Positions 18,429 to 27,676 of a stretch of 64,000 nucleotides of DNA are shown here, in pieces. The DNA is from Azonexus sp. Lineage in GTDB: Bacteria > Pseudomonadota > Gammaproteobacteria > Burkholderiales > Rhodocyclaceae. Within the stretch, counting starts at the first letter, position 1, and every line of letters starts with the position of its first letter. The notes under the pieces were generated by a model, which was given only the letters and a program-made list of their open reading frames with translations, ran no database searches and was not told the origin of the DNA. A program made the position numbers and the translations under genes. The stretch spans positions 3,263 to 67,262 of the forward strand of contig JBEOKN010000068.1 of the NCBI GenBank assembly GCA_040275885.1, written 5' to 3'.

Positions 18429-19403
18429 CTAGCGCTTTGCCAGAGCCCGAAAACGATTGGGCAGAACCAGTACCAGACGCCCGAATTCGTCCAGCAATTC
18501 CTGATCGACCGCCTCCGGACGAACGGTGTAGCTGGAGCTGCCCAGACGTTCGAGGTTGCGCCCCTCGAGAACCAGAACACCTTTGGCGAAGTCCGCCTTC
18601 CAGCGGGCACTCACCCCGATTTGGCCGCGAATCTCGAATTCGGCGCGCTCGACATAGCTGCGCTGGTTTTTGAATTCGTTGCAGGTGAACTGCAGTCCAT
18701 AGTCGAAAAGTACGGCGCGCAAACGTTCGACTGCCGGGCCGTCACGCTTGATGGTGAAATTGATGGGCGCCGCCAGCTGGTACGACAGCGTGACCAGTTC
18801 GACCATCGCCCCGGCACTCTGTGACTGGGTCCGGAAATCAGAAAAACCTTCCTGCCAGACCAGGTCGCTGAACACGGCATCGCCAGCCACCTCGTACTTC
18901 CGCGGAATCTCCGGCTTGACGATATTGAGCTGCTGGACGAGCGCATGCAGATAGAAGAACATGTGCTTGAGCGCCTTGTCCAGCGCGTTGCTGCTGGCCG
19001 AGCGCTGCGCCATGTCGGAATGCAGCTCGCGCTGGCGATTGTCCGCCTGGACACGCAACTGACCCAGGAGACTGCTGCCCTGAGTGATTCGTTGCGGGTC
19101 TTTTCCGCCGGGACCGTAATCCTGGAGGACCGACTGGCGCCGTTCGAGATGACGGACCGCACCAGCCGGCACGATCTCGGGGAATCCCCACACGGTATCA
19201 CCAACGCCACCTTCCCCCGAAGATCCGTTTTGCTCACGACGCGCATTGCGCTCAGCCTCGTTGAGATCGAACGCCTCGATATCGGCAATCAGCGACGCTT
19301 CGAGTTCCGCGATATCGTCGACCGTCGACGAGCGACGGTCTCGCTTGGCGCGGATGGCATCGAGAATCCGGCTGGTTTCTGCAGTTCGATCGCTATCACT
19401 CAT
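18429..19403 (-). CDS. Conserved hypothetical cytoplasmic protein
   Basis: 324-aa ORF fills the gap between neighbours; charged helical N-terminus and mixed alpha/beta C-terminus; no recognisable motif. Confidence 0.75.
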   Translation of the reverse strand: MSDSDRTAETSRILDAIRAKRDRRSSTVDDIAELEASLIADIEAFDLNEAERNARREQNGSSGEGGVGDTVWGFPEIVPAGAVRHLERRQSVLQDYGPGGKDPQRITQGSSLLGQLRVQADNRQRELHSDMAQRSASSNALDKALKHMFFYLHALVQQLNIVKPEIPRKYEVAGDAVFSDLVWQEGFSDFRTQSQSAGAMVELVTLSYQLAAPINFTIKRDGPAVERLRAVLFDYGLQFTCNEFKNQRSYVERAEFEIRGQIGVSARWKADFAKGVLVLEGRNLERLGSSSYTVRPEAVDQELLDEFGRLVLVLPNRFRALAKR

Positions 19404-19510
19404 TTCACTGGCAATATCCCGTTGGACATCGTTATATGGTGGCGCGAATCACCGATAAATGCAAGAAAGCGGCCCCGGCGGACCAGGGTCTCGTTTGCTT
19501 TGGAAGCGAC

Positions 19511-20320
19511 TCAAACCCCGATCTGATCATCCAGCCAGTGGCCGATCATCCCGGCAACCAGCGGCCATTCTTTCTCGTGGGTCACTGCATGGCCCATATT
19601 GCGGAAGATATGAACCGGCAGGCCATAGCTCTGGCCTGTCGATTGAACCAGGAAGGCAGGCACCAGAACATCGTGCTCGGCGCCAAGAATCAGCATCGGT
19701 GGTCGATTCATCCCGTGCAGATTGGGCAGGTTGAACATCGACATATCCCACAGCGCCTGGTGCGACTCCGCCTGCATGGAACGCAGCCAGATCTCCAGCA
19801 TCGCCTCGTCAACCTCACCGGCGAACAGGGCCTCGCGCAGCGTGCCGGTATCGGAATGATCGCCCCCCATGACGCTATTGAGGTCCATGAACAGGTGGGG
19901 CTTCCTAAATAGCAGATGGAACTGGGCTGCAACCAGCCCCTGTGGAGGCACCGAGCAGAGCAACACGGCAGCAGGTGCGGTGTGGCGCTCGAGGTACTTC
20001 TGGACAATGAAGCCCCCCATCGAGTGCCCAATCAGGACCGGCTCTTTCTCCAACCAGTCGACCACTGTCGTCAGATCGTCGACGTAATCGGCGATCGAAT
20101 GCCAGTCGAGGCGCTCGCGACCGTCGCTGCCGGCGTGTCCGCGCAGGGAGAGCGCATAGCAGGGAAAGCCGGCCTTGGCCAGAAAGGGCATGAAGGTGTC
20201 GGTCCACATCCAGCCACCGGCAAACGCGCCGTGGATGAACAGCAGAGGAGGGCGGTCCGTCTTTTCCGTTGGCAGGCAGGAGAAAAGCTCGATGCCGCTG
20301 ATTTTTTCGGTTCTTGTCAT
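19511..20320 (-). CDS. Alpha/beta hydrolase
   Basis: PLLFIHGAFAGGW, nucleophile elbow GHSMGG, acid GAEHD, His MGHAV. Confidence 0.9.
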   Translation of the reverse strand: MTRTEKISGIELFSCLPTEKTDRPPLLFIHGAFAGGWMWTDTFMPFLAKAGFPCYALSLRGHAGSDGRERLDWHSIADYVDDLTTVVDWLEKEPVLIGHSMGGFIVQKYLERHTAPAAVLLCSVPPQGLVAAQFHLLFRKPHLFMDLNSVMGGDHSDTGTLREALFAGEVDEAMLEIWLRSMQAESHQALWDMSMFNLPNLHGMNRPPMLILGAEHDVLVPAFLVQSTGQSYGLPVHIFRNMGHAVTHEKEWPLVAGMIGHWLDDQIGV

Positions 20321-20383
20321 TGCAACTCAATGGTTGGGTGAAGCATGCTTAAATGCGGCTTCCGGAGGGTAGCGCAAGTCGAC

Positions 20384-20581
20384 ATGCTGAAGTGGATTCT
20401 GACCTTGGTAATCGCCATTTTTTTGCTCGGCATACTGGCGCCGCATGTCGCCCGCTTCATCCGTCTTGGCAAGCTGCCTGGCGATATCGCCGTCCGTTTT
20501 CGCGGCCGCACCTACTATCTGCCGTTCGCTACGACACTCCTGCTGTCAGCACTCCTCGTGCTCGTCTCGCGTCTCATTTAG
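20384..20581 (+). CDS. DUF2905 small membrane protein
   Basis: LGKLPGDI...YYLPFATTLLLS signature. Confidence 0.85.
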   Translation: MLKWILTLVIAIFLLGILAPHVARFIRLGKLPGDIAVRFRGRTYYLPFATTLLLSALLVLVSRLI

Positions 20582-21784
20582 CAGGCGTCTGACGGCGGCA
20601 ACCCGCGCCGCGTGTATCCGCCCGGAAATCTTCGCCTTGTCGGTGCAGGTGGCGGCGATGGCGCCGGCATCGACTTCGCGCACCGCAGCCAGAACCGCCA
20701 GCAGCAGTCCGGCGCTTGCGTAGGGGCGATCCGCCCAGCCCAGGCGGCCATTGAAGTCGCACTGGCAGACCTCGAGCAGCTGCGAGAAGCGCTCCGGGCG
20801 ACGCAGCGCATCGGCGCGTTCGAGCAAGGTCACCAGTGTCGTCGCGCGCAGTTCGCCGGCACGGTGAATATCGCCATGATAGCGGGCGGCGAGCAGGGCC
20901 AGATCGCGGCACTCGTTGGGCACCCGCAACCGATCGCAGAGCTGGGCGGCCAGCTGCACACTCCGCATTTCATGGCCATGGTGGCGGGGCAGGATGTCAG
21001 TTGGCGTAGTCGCCTTGCCGAGGTCATGGGTCAGTGCGGCAAACCGGACAGGCAATGAAAACCCGTGGCGCGCGGCTTCGTCCACGACCATCAGGGTGTG
21101 GACGCCGGCATCGACTTCAGGGTGATAGTCCGCCCGCTGCGGCACACCGAACAGCGCACCTGTCTCCGGCAAGAGTCTTGCCAGGGCACCGCATTCGCGC
21201 AAGACCTCGAACATGCGCGACGGCCTGGCTTCCATCAAGCCTTTTGCCAGTTCCTGCCAGACCCGCTCGGAGACCAGATGATCGACTTCGCCGCCGGCAA
21301 CCATGGCGCGCATCAGCGCCAGCGTTTCCGGCGCGACCGTGAATTCAGCGAAGCGCGCCGCAAAACGGGCGAGGCGCAGGATGCGTACGGGATCTTCTGC
21401 GAAAGCTGGGCCGACATGGCGCAGAATTTTGGCCCGCAAATCGCGTTGACCGCGGAAGGGGTCCACCAGGGCACCGTCAGGTGATTTGGCCATCGCGTTG
21501 ATGGTCAGGTCGCGGCGCGCGAGGTCGTCCTCCAGCGTGACATCCGGCGCCGCATGAAAGCTGAAGCCATGATAGCCATGACCGGTCTTGCGCTCGGTCC
21601 GCGCGAGCGCATACTCCTCGAGCGTTACGGGATGAAGGAAAACCGGGAAATCCCTGCCGACCGGGCGAAAGCCTTTTTCCAGCATGGCCTGCGGACTGGC
21701 GCCGACGACAACATAATCGCGGTCGGCACTTGCCTGTCCGAGCAGTTCATCGCGCACTGCTCCGCCGACGATGTATATCTTCAT
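20546..21784 (-). CDS. cca: Multifunctional CCA-adding enzyme with HD domain
   Basis: MKIYIVGGAVRDELLG...DRDYVV, EEYALARTERK, DLARRDLTINAMA, EDPVRILRLARF, HPEVDAGVH, THDLGK. Confidence 0.96.
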   Translation of the reverse strand: MKIYIVGGAVRDELLGQASADRDYVVVGASPQAMLEKGFRPVGRDFPVFLHPVTLEEYALARTERKTGHGYHGFSFHAAPDVTLEDDLARRDLTINAMAKSPDGALVDPFRGQRDLRAKILRHVGPAFAEDPVRILRLARFAARFAEFTVAPETLALMRAMVAGGEVDHLVSERVWQELAKGLMEARPSRMFEVLRECGALARLLPETGALFGVPQRADYHPEVDAGVHTLMVVDEAARHGFSLPVRFAALTHDLGKATTPTDILPRHHGHEMRSVQLAAQLCDRLRVPNECRDLALLAARYHGDIHRAGELRATTLVTLLERADALRRPERFSQLLEVCQCDFNGRLGWADRPYASAGLLLAVLAAVREVDAGAIAATCTDKAKISGRIHAARVAAVRRLLNETRDEHEEC

Positions 21785-21800
21785 CGGCGGCAGATGAAGT

Positions 21801-22763
21801 CTATCTTCCGGCGCGGAAGCGGAAGCGATCCAGCTTGCCCTTCGGGGTATTGCGGGCAATATAGGTCGGCGCAATCGCTTCCAGCGCTGTCGGCTTCCAG
21901 CCGGTCGGCAACGTGCAGTTGCTGTCGCAGACACTGTCGACCTCCATCGAGCGCAGATTGTCGGGCGACATCAGCGGGTTCGGCGCCAGCCACATCAACC
22001 CCGCCTGCAGGTAGGCCAGCCCTTCCGGAAGCGCAATGACCCGGGCTGTGCTGCCCACCAGCGAGGCGGTGTAATCGACCAGTTCGCGCAATGTGTATAC
22101 CTTGGGCCCGACCAGGTCATAAGCCTGACCGAAGGTTGCCGGATTGCTCAGACTGTCGACAAAGGCGTCCGCCACATCGGCCGCCCAAACCGGCTGGAAC
22201 CGGGCCTGACCGAAACCAAGCGGGAAGAACGGGAGATTGCGCAAGACCCCGGCAAACATCGACAGGAAGGCGTCACCGAGACCGAAGATGACCGACGGGC
22301 GGAACACGGTGACATCCAGATCGCCCTGGGCGGCCATCACGATCGCTTCGCCGTCGCCCTTCGAGCGAAGATACTCGGAAGGCCCCTTGGGACTGGCGCC
22401 AAGAGCGCTCATGTGCACCAGGCGACGGACGCCCGCCTTCTTGCAGGCGGCGACGATCTTCTTCGGCAGTTCGACGTGAGCCTCGGCAAAGTCCTTGCTG
22501 TAAGGCAACTGGACATCGCGGCTATGCAGAACGCCGACCAGATTGATAACGACATCCTGGCCCTGCATCAGAGACACCAGCGTCTCTTCCGAGTCAATCT
22601 TGACTTCCGGCATCTCGACATTGGGCTGGATGATCAGCGCCTTGGTCCGCTCGCGACGACGCGTCGGGACAGTGACTTCCATCCCGCGCTGCGACAAGCG
22701 GTTGGCGATATAGGTGCCAACGAAACCGCTACCCCCGAGTAGCAAGACTTTCTTGATGTGCAT
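21801..22763 (-). CDS. Complex I NDUFA9-family NAD(P)-binding epimerase-like protein
   Basis: LLGGSGFVG, VINLVGVL, HMSALGA, YLRSKGDGE, FRPSVIFG, FQPVWAADVA. Confidence 0.9.
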   Translation of the reverse strand: MHIKKVLLLGGSGFVGTYIANRLSQRGMEVTVPTRRRERTKALIIQPNVEMPEVKIDSEETLVSLMQGQDVVINLVGVLHSRDVQLPYSKDFAEAHVELPKKIVAACKKAGVRRLVHMSALGASPKGPSEYLRSKGDGEAIVMAAQGDLDVTVFRPSVIFGLGDAFLSMFAGVLRNLPFFPLGFGQARFQPVWAADVADAFVDSLSNPATFGQAYDLVGPKVYTLRELVDYTASLVGSTARVIALPEGLAYLQAGLMWLAPNPLMSPDNLRSMEVDSVCDSNCTLPTGWKPTALEAIAPTYIARNTPKGKLDRFRFRAGR

Positions 22764-22827
22764 GTCGAACCCCGGAAACTATTCTTTGAAGCTGGGATTC
22801 TAAGCCAAACAGGTCAGCTTTGGGGCA

Positions 22828-24846
22828 TCAGCGCAGAACCGGGGCCTTGCGCAAGGCCTGTTCGGCCGCAGCGTTGAACAGGGAAATCCGCGAGCTGATG
22901 CTGGCCCGGCCGTCCTTGATCTGATTCTCGACAATCGCCGGGTTCAGCGCCACGGCAAAATCCCAGTCGGGATTGGCCAGCAACAGTTTGCCGGTGGCGG
23001 TGCCAATGTGGCAGACGCGCCCGCAAAGCGCCTGATCTTCGCCAAGGCGGAATGCCAGCCAGTCACCCGTGCGTACCGGCGACCGCCGGGAGTGACCGGG
23101 CGGCCCCCAACCAGCGGCGAGATCGAAGATCCTGAGCACGTGGTCACCCGCCCACAATTCGCTGGACACCGTCACCATACCCGCCGCCGGTCGCGCCGGG
23201 AGTGACGGCGGCAATTCACGGCCACGCATTGCCGCCGTCTGCAGAGCGAAGCACGTGTCAAGAAACTCGTCGCGGATTGCCTCCGGGACCGACACCCGCT
23301 GCATTCCGTTGGAAAGCACCTGCATGATCTGCGGAAGTTCACGCATGAGCTGCTTTTGCTCATCGATTTCCACTTTCGGCTGAATGCTCCACAGCAGCTT
23401 GTCCAGCACCGCCGTGTGTTCCTGCCACTCGGGGCCGTCCTCCCCGCATTCAATGCCGATCTGGCACAAGACCCGCTGCCAATGGGCGCGGAGAAAATCT
23501 GCAATGCGCGGCGGCACAGCAAAATTCGTGCAGAACCTGTCGATCCACTGACGGCAAAGCGATCCCATGAGGTCGCTTTGCTCAAGGCTCTTTAGCAGAG
23601 GGTCGTAGGCCGAGGCAGCCTGCGCGGTCGCCGCATCGCGTTCGGCGATCAACCTGTCGAGTTCGGCAACCCGCTCGGACAGAACCTTCATGTCGCTGAT
23701 GAATTCGCCACGGACGCGGGCAACCACTTTCTGGATGCTAGCGCAAAGCGGATGCTCCGATGAGGCATAGAGCGGCAGACCAACCGCGACACGCGCCGTC
23801 TTGTCGAGCAGCTGGCGGGCCGGATGCGCATCCGCCGTAAAGAGGCTTGAATCAAGCATGGCCGCGCGCAGTATCGGAACCTGCAGGTCGGCGAGCGCCG
23901 ACTTGACGGCATTGGGCAAAGTGGGCGACTCGAATATCTCCGCGAAGATCAACGAGAGGGTATCGATGACCGCAGCTTCAGAGGCCCCGGGTGGCAAGCC
24001 AAGCTCTGTCGCATTCAGGAGACGAGGCACAGCGACCTGCCCATCGACGGGGGGATTCCCCGCCACATCAAACTGATCGAGGCGGGCCAGCAAGCGGCTG
24101 AAAACGGCCTGGTTCAGAAGGGCGGCCGTGGCGCCGCCGGTTGCTGCCACGACGCCTGCGGCCGGACTACCGAGCAGGCGTTGCCGCAAGATGACCGCCG
24201 GGCCCAGCGCCACAAGAGAGCCAGCGGCACCGGACTGGGCAAGGGCTATGACATCGGGCGCTGTCACGATCGTCGGCTGGGCCGCCGAAACTTCACAGCA
24301 GACCAGAAATTCGTTCAAACCGGCGTAGAGACCAGGCAGAGACTCACGAAGGCAGTCTTCCAGGCGCGCGATACGCTCCAGCGTCTGGGTGTGATTGTCA
24401 CCAAGGGCGGCAGACAAACCGATCAAACCCTTGGCAATGGCCCGGGGTGCAACGGGATTCTCATTCGGTGACAAATCGGGACGCCCGAGCAGGGTAACGA
24501 AACGCAGATAGACAAGCCACAGCTCTGCGCTGTTCGCCTCCAGGAGTCGTGCCGCGAACGCATTGAGGCGAATGTCAGCTTCCAGATCGTTTTCTGTAAC
24601 CAGTGCGAACCTGGAAGCCGTCACCCCGTGCAACCCGGAAAAGCTGCTGGTTCGTTCCGCTGCAACCATCTCGTCGTAGTGTGCGCCGACCGCTTTCACG
24701 AACGCCTGCAAGGCGTCGCCCGGCATAGGCTCGGCTTCCTGGAGCAGGCAACCAAGCTTCTTCAGGAAGAAGGCGCGGCACTTGCCAAGAACCACCCCTG
24801 CATCATCCGGTACCGGCAGATTCTCATTCCCGCCACCATCGGACAT
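22828..24846 (-). CDS. DUF1631-like large helical protein
   Basis: IDTLSLIFAEIFES...LADLQVPILRAAMLD...HPARQLLD; WQRVL...LLWSIQPK; C-terminal GDWLAF...LLLAN...SLFNAAAEQAL. Start trimmed to MSDGGG. Confidence 0.7.
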   Translation of the reverse strand: MSDGGGNENLPVPDDAGVVLGKCRAFFLKKLGCLLQEAEPMPGDALQAFVKAVGAHYDEMVAAERTSSFSGLHGVTASRFALVTENDLEADIRLNAFAARLLEANSAELWLVYLRFVTLLGRPDLSPNENPVAPRAIAKGLIGLSAALGDNHTQTLERIARLEDCLRESLPGLYAGLNEFLVCCEVSAAQPTIVTAPDVIALAQSGAAGSLVALGPAVILRQRLLGSPAAGVVAATGGATAALLNQAVFSRLLARLDQFDVAGNPPVDGQVAVPRLLNATELGLPPGASEAAVIDTLSLIFAEIFESPTLPNAVKSALADLQVPILRAAMLDSSLFTADAHPARQLLDKTARVAVGLPLYASSEHPLCASIQKVVARVRGEFISDMKVLSERVAELDRLIAERDAATAQAASAYDPLLKSLEQSDLMGSLCRQWIDRFCTNFAVPPRIADFLRAHWQRVLCQIGIECGEDGPEWQEHTAVLDKLLWSIQPKVEIDEQKQLMRELPQIMQVLSNGMQRVSVPEAIRDEFLDTCFALQTAAMRGRELPPSLPARPAAGMVTVSSELWAGDHVLRIFDLAAGWGPPGHSRRSPVRTGDWLAFRLGEDQALCGRVCHIGTATGKLLLANPDWDFAVALNPAIVENQIKDGRASISSRISLFNAAAEQALRKAPVLR

Positions 24847-24880
24847 CTCTTCTTGTCCCCGAATTGCAACGAATTGAATG

Positions 24881-26812
24881 CTAAGGCAAATCCGCATCCT
24901 TGGGTACATCTTCGGCACGCGCCCCAACTACCCCCAGCCGCGCCTTCAGCGAATCCGGGCGCCCCGTGAATTGCATCGAGTAATAGACCGAGTTGCTCAT
25001 GACCTTCTTGACGTAGTCGCGGGTTTCGTTGAACGGAATGGTTTCGGCATAGACCGCGCCTTCGAGCGGCCGGTCGGCGCGCCAGCGCTTGGCACGGCCG
25101 GGACCGGCGTTGTAGGCGGCCGAGGTCAGCACCGGATGGTTGTCGAGGTTTTCCATGACCAGCCGCATGTAGCTTGTCCCCAGCAGCACGTTGGTTGCGG
25201 TGTCGTTTACCCGGCCGTGGTCATAATTTCTGAGGCCAATCTTCCTGGCGACCCACTTGGCGGTCGCCGGCATCAGCTGCATCAGGCCGGAAGCGCCGAC
25301 ATTCGATTTGGCACTGGTGATGAAGCGGCTCTCCTGGCGCATCAAGCCATAAACCCAAGCATCGTCGAGCGCCTGATCCCGCGCTGCCGGACGCACCTGA
25401 TCGCCGTAAGGGGCGAGGAAGCGCAGCGTGAAGTCGTGCTCGCTCTTGGTGCGGTCGGCGGTGTTGATGGCGCGGTCCCAGATCTGGTTTCGTCGTGCCA
25501 GGTCAGCCGCCGCCAGCAACTCGCGGTCATCCATGCCACGCAGCGACCAGTTCCATTCCCTGACCGCCTCGGTGCGCATTTCCAGCCGGAAGAATGCCAT
25601 CGCCCGGCGGATCGCCGGATTGTCACGGGTCGCCTTTTGTTCATCGGCGGTCGGCGCCTTGGCTTTCGGCGGCGTCAGGATCTTGCGCCCGAGCTCCTCG
25701 TCGGCCAGGTTGCCATAGAAATTGGCCTGTCCGGCAATCTTCTCGAACAATGCATCGGCCTCACTGGTAAGGCCACCCGCCTTGTAGGCGCGGCCCAGCC
25801 AGTAGATCCATTCGGGCTGTCCTGCCAGGGCCGCGGGCATTTCGCTGATCGTCGCCAGCACCACGCTCCAGTCGTGGGCGCGCAGTGCGGCGCGCACCTT
25901 CCATGCCGCACCCTCGTCGGAAAGCGGCGTCTCGCTGCCTTGCGCATACCAGGCGAGCGCCTCGCCATAGTGGCGCTTCGCCGCTTGCAGGCCGATCTGA
26001 CTCCAGGCCCACTGGCGTTCCGGATCCTGCATCCGCCCCTGCAGTTTTCCGAGTTCTGTCGCTGCCACACGAGGGTCGTTGGTGGCGACTCTCTGGATCG
26101 CCAGCGCGGCCAATTCACGACCGGTCTGGCTGGCGCTCCAGGCAACCGGCTGCCTTGCCAGATAACCCATCGGACTGCCGATCACCATGTCGAGCGCCTT
26201 GGCGTCGGCTGTCTGGCCGGCCGGCAACGCTGCCAGCGTGAGCTTGGCGGGACCGGTGCGATTAGCCTCGAATTGGCGATGCGCCCGCGCCCAGATGTCG
26301 TCGATCGTGACCCGGTTGTCGCGGATCAGCGCATCGAGCACCGCGCGGCACGCTTCCGGCGGTTCAAGCATGGTCAGCCAGACCTGCTGCACGTCATTGA
26401 ACGCGGCCTTGTCGCCACTGGCCATCCGCGCTTGCTGAAACCAGCAGGTGACATCGGGTTCGGGAGCGACCAGCTTGGGGTATTCGACAACGATCTCGCT
26501 CCAGCCGCCACGCTTGCCCAGCCAGCGGATCCAGTCGGCGCGCAGCTTTTCGACGACATAGGAGCGCTCGTAGCGCTCGAAAAAGCCGCGCAGGACCGTC
26601 GAGTCGCCCTGATCCATGGTCATGCGCAGCTGGTAATTCTCGACATAGGGCGCCAGTTCGTGCTTGCCGATCTGCCCGGCGGCGCGGTCGAGCCGCGCAC
26701 GGTCACCGGCGCGAAAGGCATCGCGGGCGGCAAGATAGGTACTGTCGCCGCCTTCCTGAGCGAAGAGCGGCAATGAAACGACAAACGCGAGGAGAAGGGC
26801 TGGAAACTTCAT
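24881..26812 (-). CDS. slt: Soluble lytic murein transglycosylase Slt
   Basis: Signal peptide; C-terminal SLT domain GLMRQESRF, ASGLMQLMPATA, AAYNAGPGR, IPFNETRDYVKKV. Confidence 0.93.
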   Translation of the reverse strand: MKFPALLLAFVVSLPLFAQEGGDSTYLAARDAFRAGDRARLDRAAGQIGKHELAPYVENYQLRMTMDQGDSTVLRGFFERYERSYVVEKLRADWIRWLGKRGGWSEIVVEYPKLVAPEPDVTCWFQQARMASGDKAAFNDVQQVWLTMLEPPEACRAVLDALIRDNRVTIDDIWARAHRQFEANRTGPAKLTLAALPAGQTADAKALDMVIGSPMGYLARQPVAWSASQTGRELAALAIQRVATNDPRVAATELGKLQGRMQDPERQWAWSQIGLQAAKRHYGEALAWYAQGSETPLSDEGAAWKVRAALRAHDWSVVLATISEMPAALAGQPEWIYWLGRAYKAGGLTSEADALFEKIAGQANFYGNLADEELGRKILTPPKAKAPTADEQKATRDNPAIRRAMAFFRLEMRTEAVREWNWSLRGMDDRELLAAADLARRNQIWDRAINTADRTKSEHDFTLRFLAPYGDQVRPAARDQALDDAWVYGLMRQESRFITSAKSNVGASGLMQLMPATAKWVARKIGLRNYDHGRVNDTATNVLLGTSYMRLVMENLDNHPVLTSAAYNAGPGRAKRWRADRPLEGAVYAETIPFNETRDYVKKVMSNSVYYSMQFTGRPDSLKARLGVVGARAEDVPKDADLP

Positions 26813-26826
26813 GCTAGATTTCACGT

Positions 26827-27405
26827 ATGGAAAGTCTTTGCGAGGATATCACGGGCTGGCGACAGGCGTTGCGACGGGAAATGGCCGCCCGGCGGACGCT
26901 TCTGGCGACCACCGAGCATGCCGTTCTGTCGGCGCGCATCGTCGCCCATGCGTTTGCCGCGCTCGCGCGCCCGACGGTTGCCGCGTTCTGCTGGCCGATC
27001 AGAAACGAGCCGGACATTCGGGCTTTGTTGGCCAGATGGGCGGAGGACGGGGTCCGTGCCGCGCTGCCCGTCGTCGTCGCCGAGAACGCGCCGCTGCGCT
27101 TTCGGGAATGGACGCCGGAGGGGCTGCTCGAAGCGGATCGTTACGGCATCCCGACGCCGACCGCTGGCGACTGGCTGACGCCCGACCTGATCCTGCTGCC
27201 GCTCAACGGCTTCGATGGCGCCGGATATCGGCTCGGCTACGGCGGCGGTTATTTCGACCGCACGCTGGCGGCACTCGTGCCGCGGCCGCTGGCGGTGGGC
27301 GTCGGCTTCGAGATCAACCGCATCGACAGCATCCGGCCCGCGCCGCACGACCAGCGACTGGACTGGTTCATCACCGAAGACGGTGCCTTCAGGCCAGCCG
27401 TCTGA
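26827..27405 (+). CDS. ygfA: 5-formyltetrahydrofolate cyclo-ligase (YgfA/Fau)
   Basis: FCWPIRNEPD, RYGIPTP, PDLILLPLNGFD...GYRLGYGGGYFDRTLA, PHDQRLD. Confidence 0.93.
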   Translation: MESLCEDITGWRQALRREMAARRTLLATTEHAVLSARIVAHAFAALARPTVAAFCWPIRNEPDIRALLARWAEDGVRAALPVVVAENAPLRFREWTPEGLLEADRYGIPTPTAGDWLTPDLILLPLNGFDGAGYRLGYGGGYFDRTLAALVPRPLAVGVGFEINRIDSIRPAPHDQRLDWFITEDGAFRPAV

Positions 27406-27676
27406 GCCCATACATCGCCAGCGCGAGCAGCAGCGCCGCAGCTGCCGAGAGCGCGGCCTGGCGCAGATCGTGGATACCGGTGCTGACTGCGAGTTCGAGG
27501 GAGTAGCCCTGTTGCAGGGCAAAGATCAATGCGCCGCTGGCCAGCGCCAGCCAGGAACGCCGCGCCAGCAGACTTTGCTCCTTGCGCAGGAAGAGTTCGA
27601 TGGCCAGCCCGCTGGCGAACGACAGCGCCAACAGGGCCGCCAGTAGCGCGAACAGGGCTAGCGAATACGAACTCAC
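27389..27676 (-). CDS. Small hypothetical membrane protein (about 95 aa, 3 TM)
   Basis: GTG start overlaps the malY stop (GTGA); strongly hydrophobic translation (SYSLALFALLAALLALSFASGLAIELF...). Confidence 0.6.
   Translation of the reverse strand: MSSYSLALFALLAALLALSFASGLAIELFLRKEQSLLARRSWLALASGALIFALQQGYSLELAVSTGIHDLRQAALSAAAALLLALAMYGLRRLA

Noticed and set aside
24878-26776. 632-aa plus-strand ORF; similarly 31161..32684, 33164..35446, 56282..58468 and 58514..60493
   Set aside because: Exact antisense shadows of slt, ilvA, the FAD oxidoreductase and the liv genes.
26818-26832. TTTCACGTATGGAAA resembling parS
   Set aside because: The palindrome is broken and it coincides with the slt/ygfA start region; too divergent from TGTTTCACGTGAAACA.
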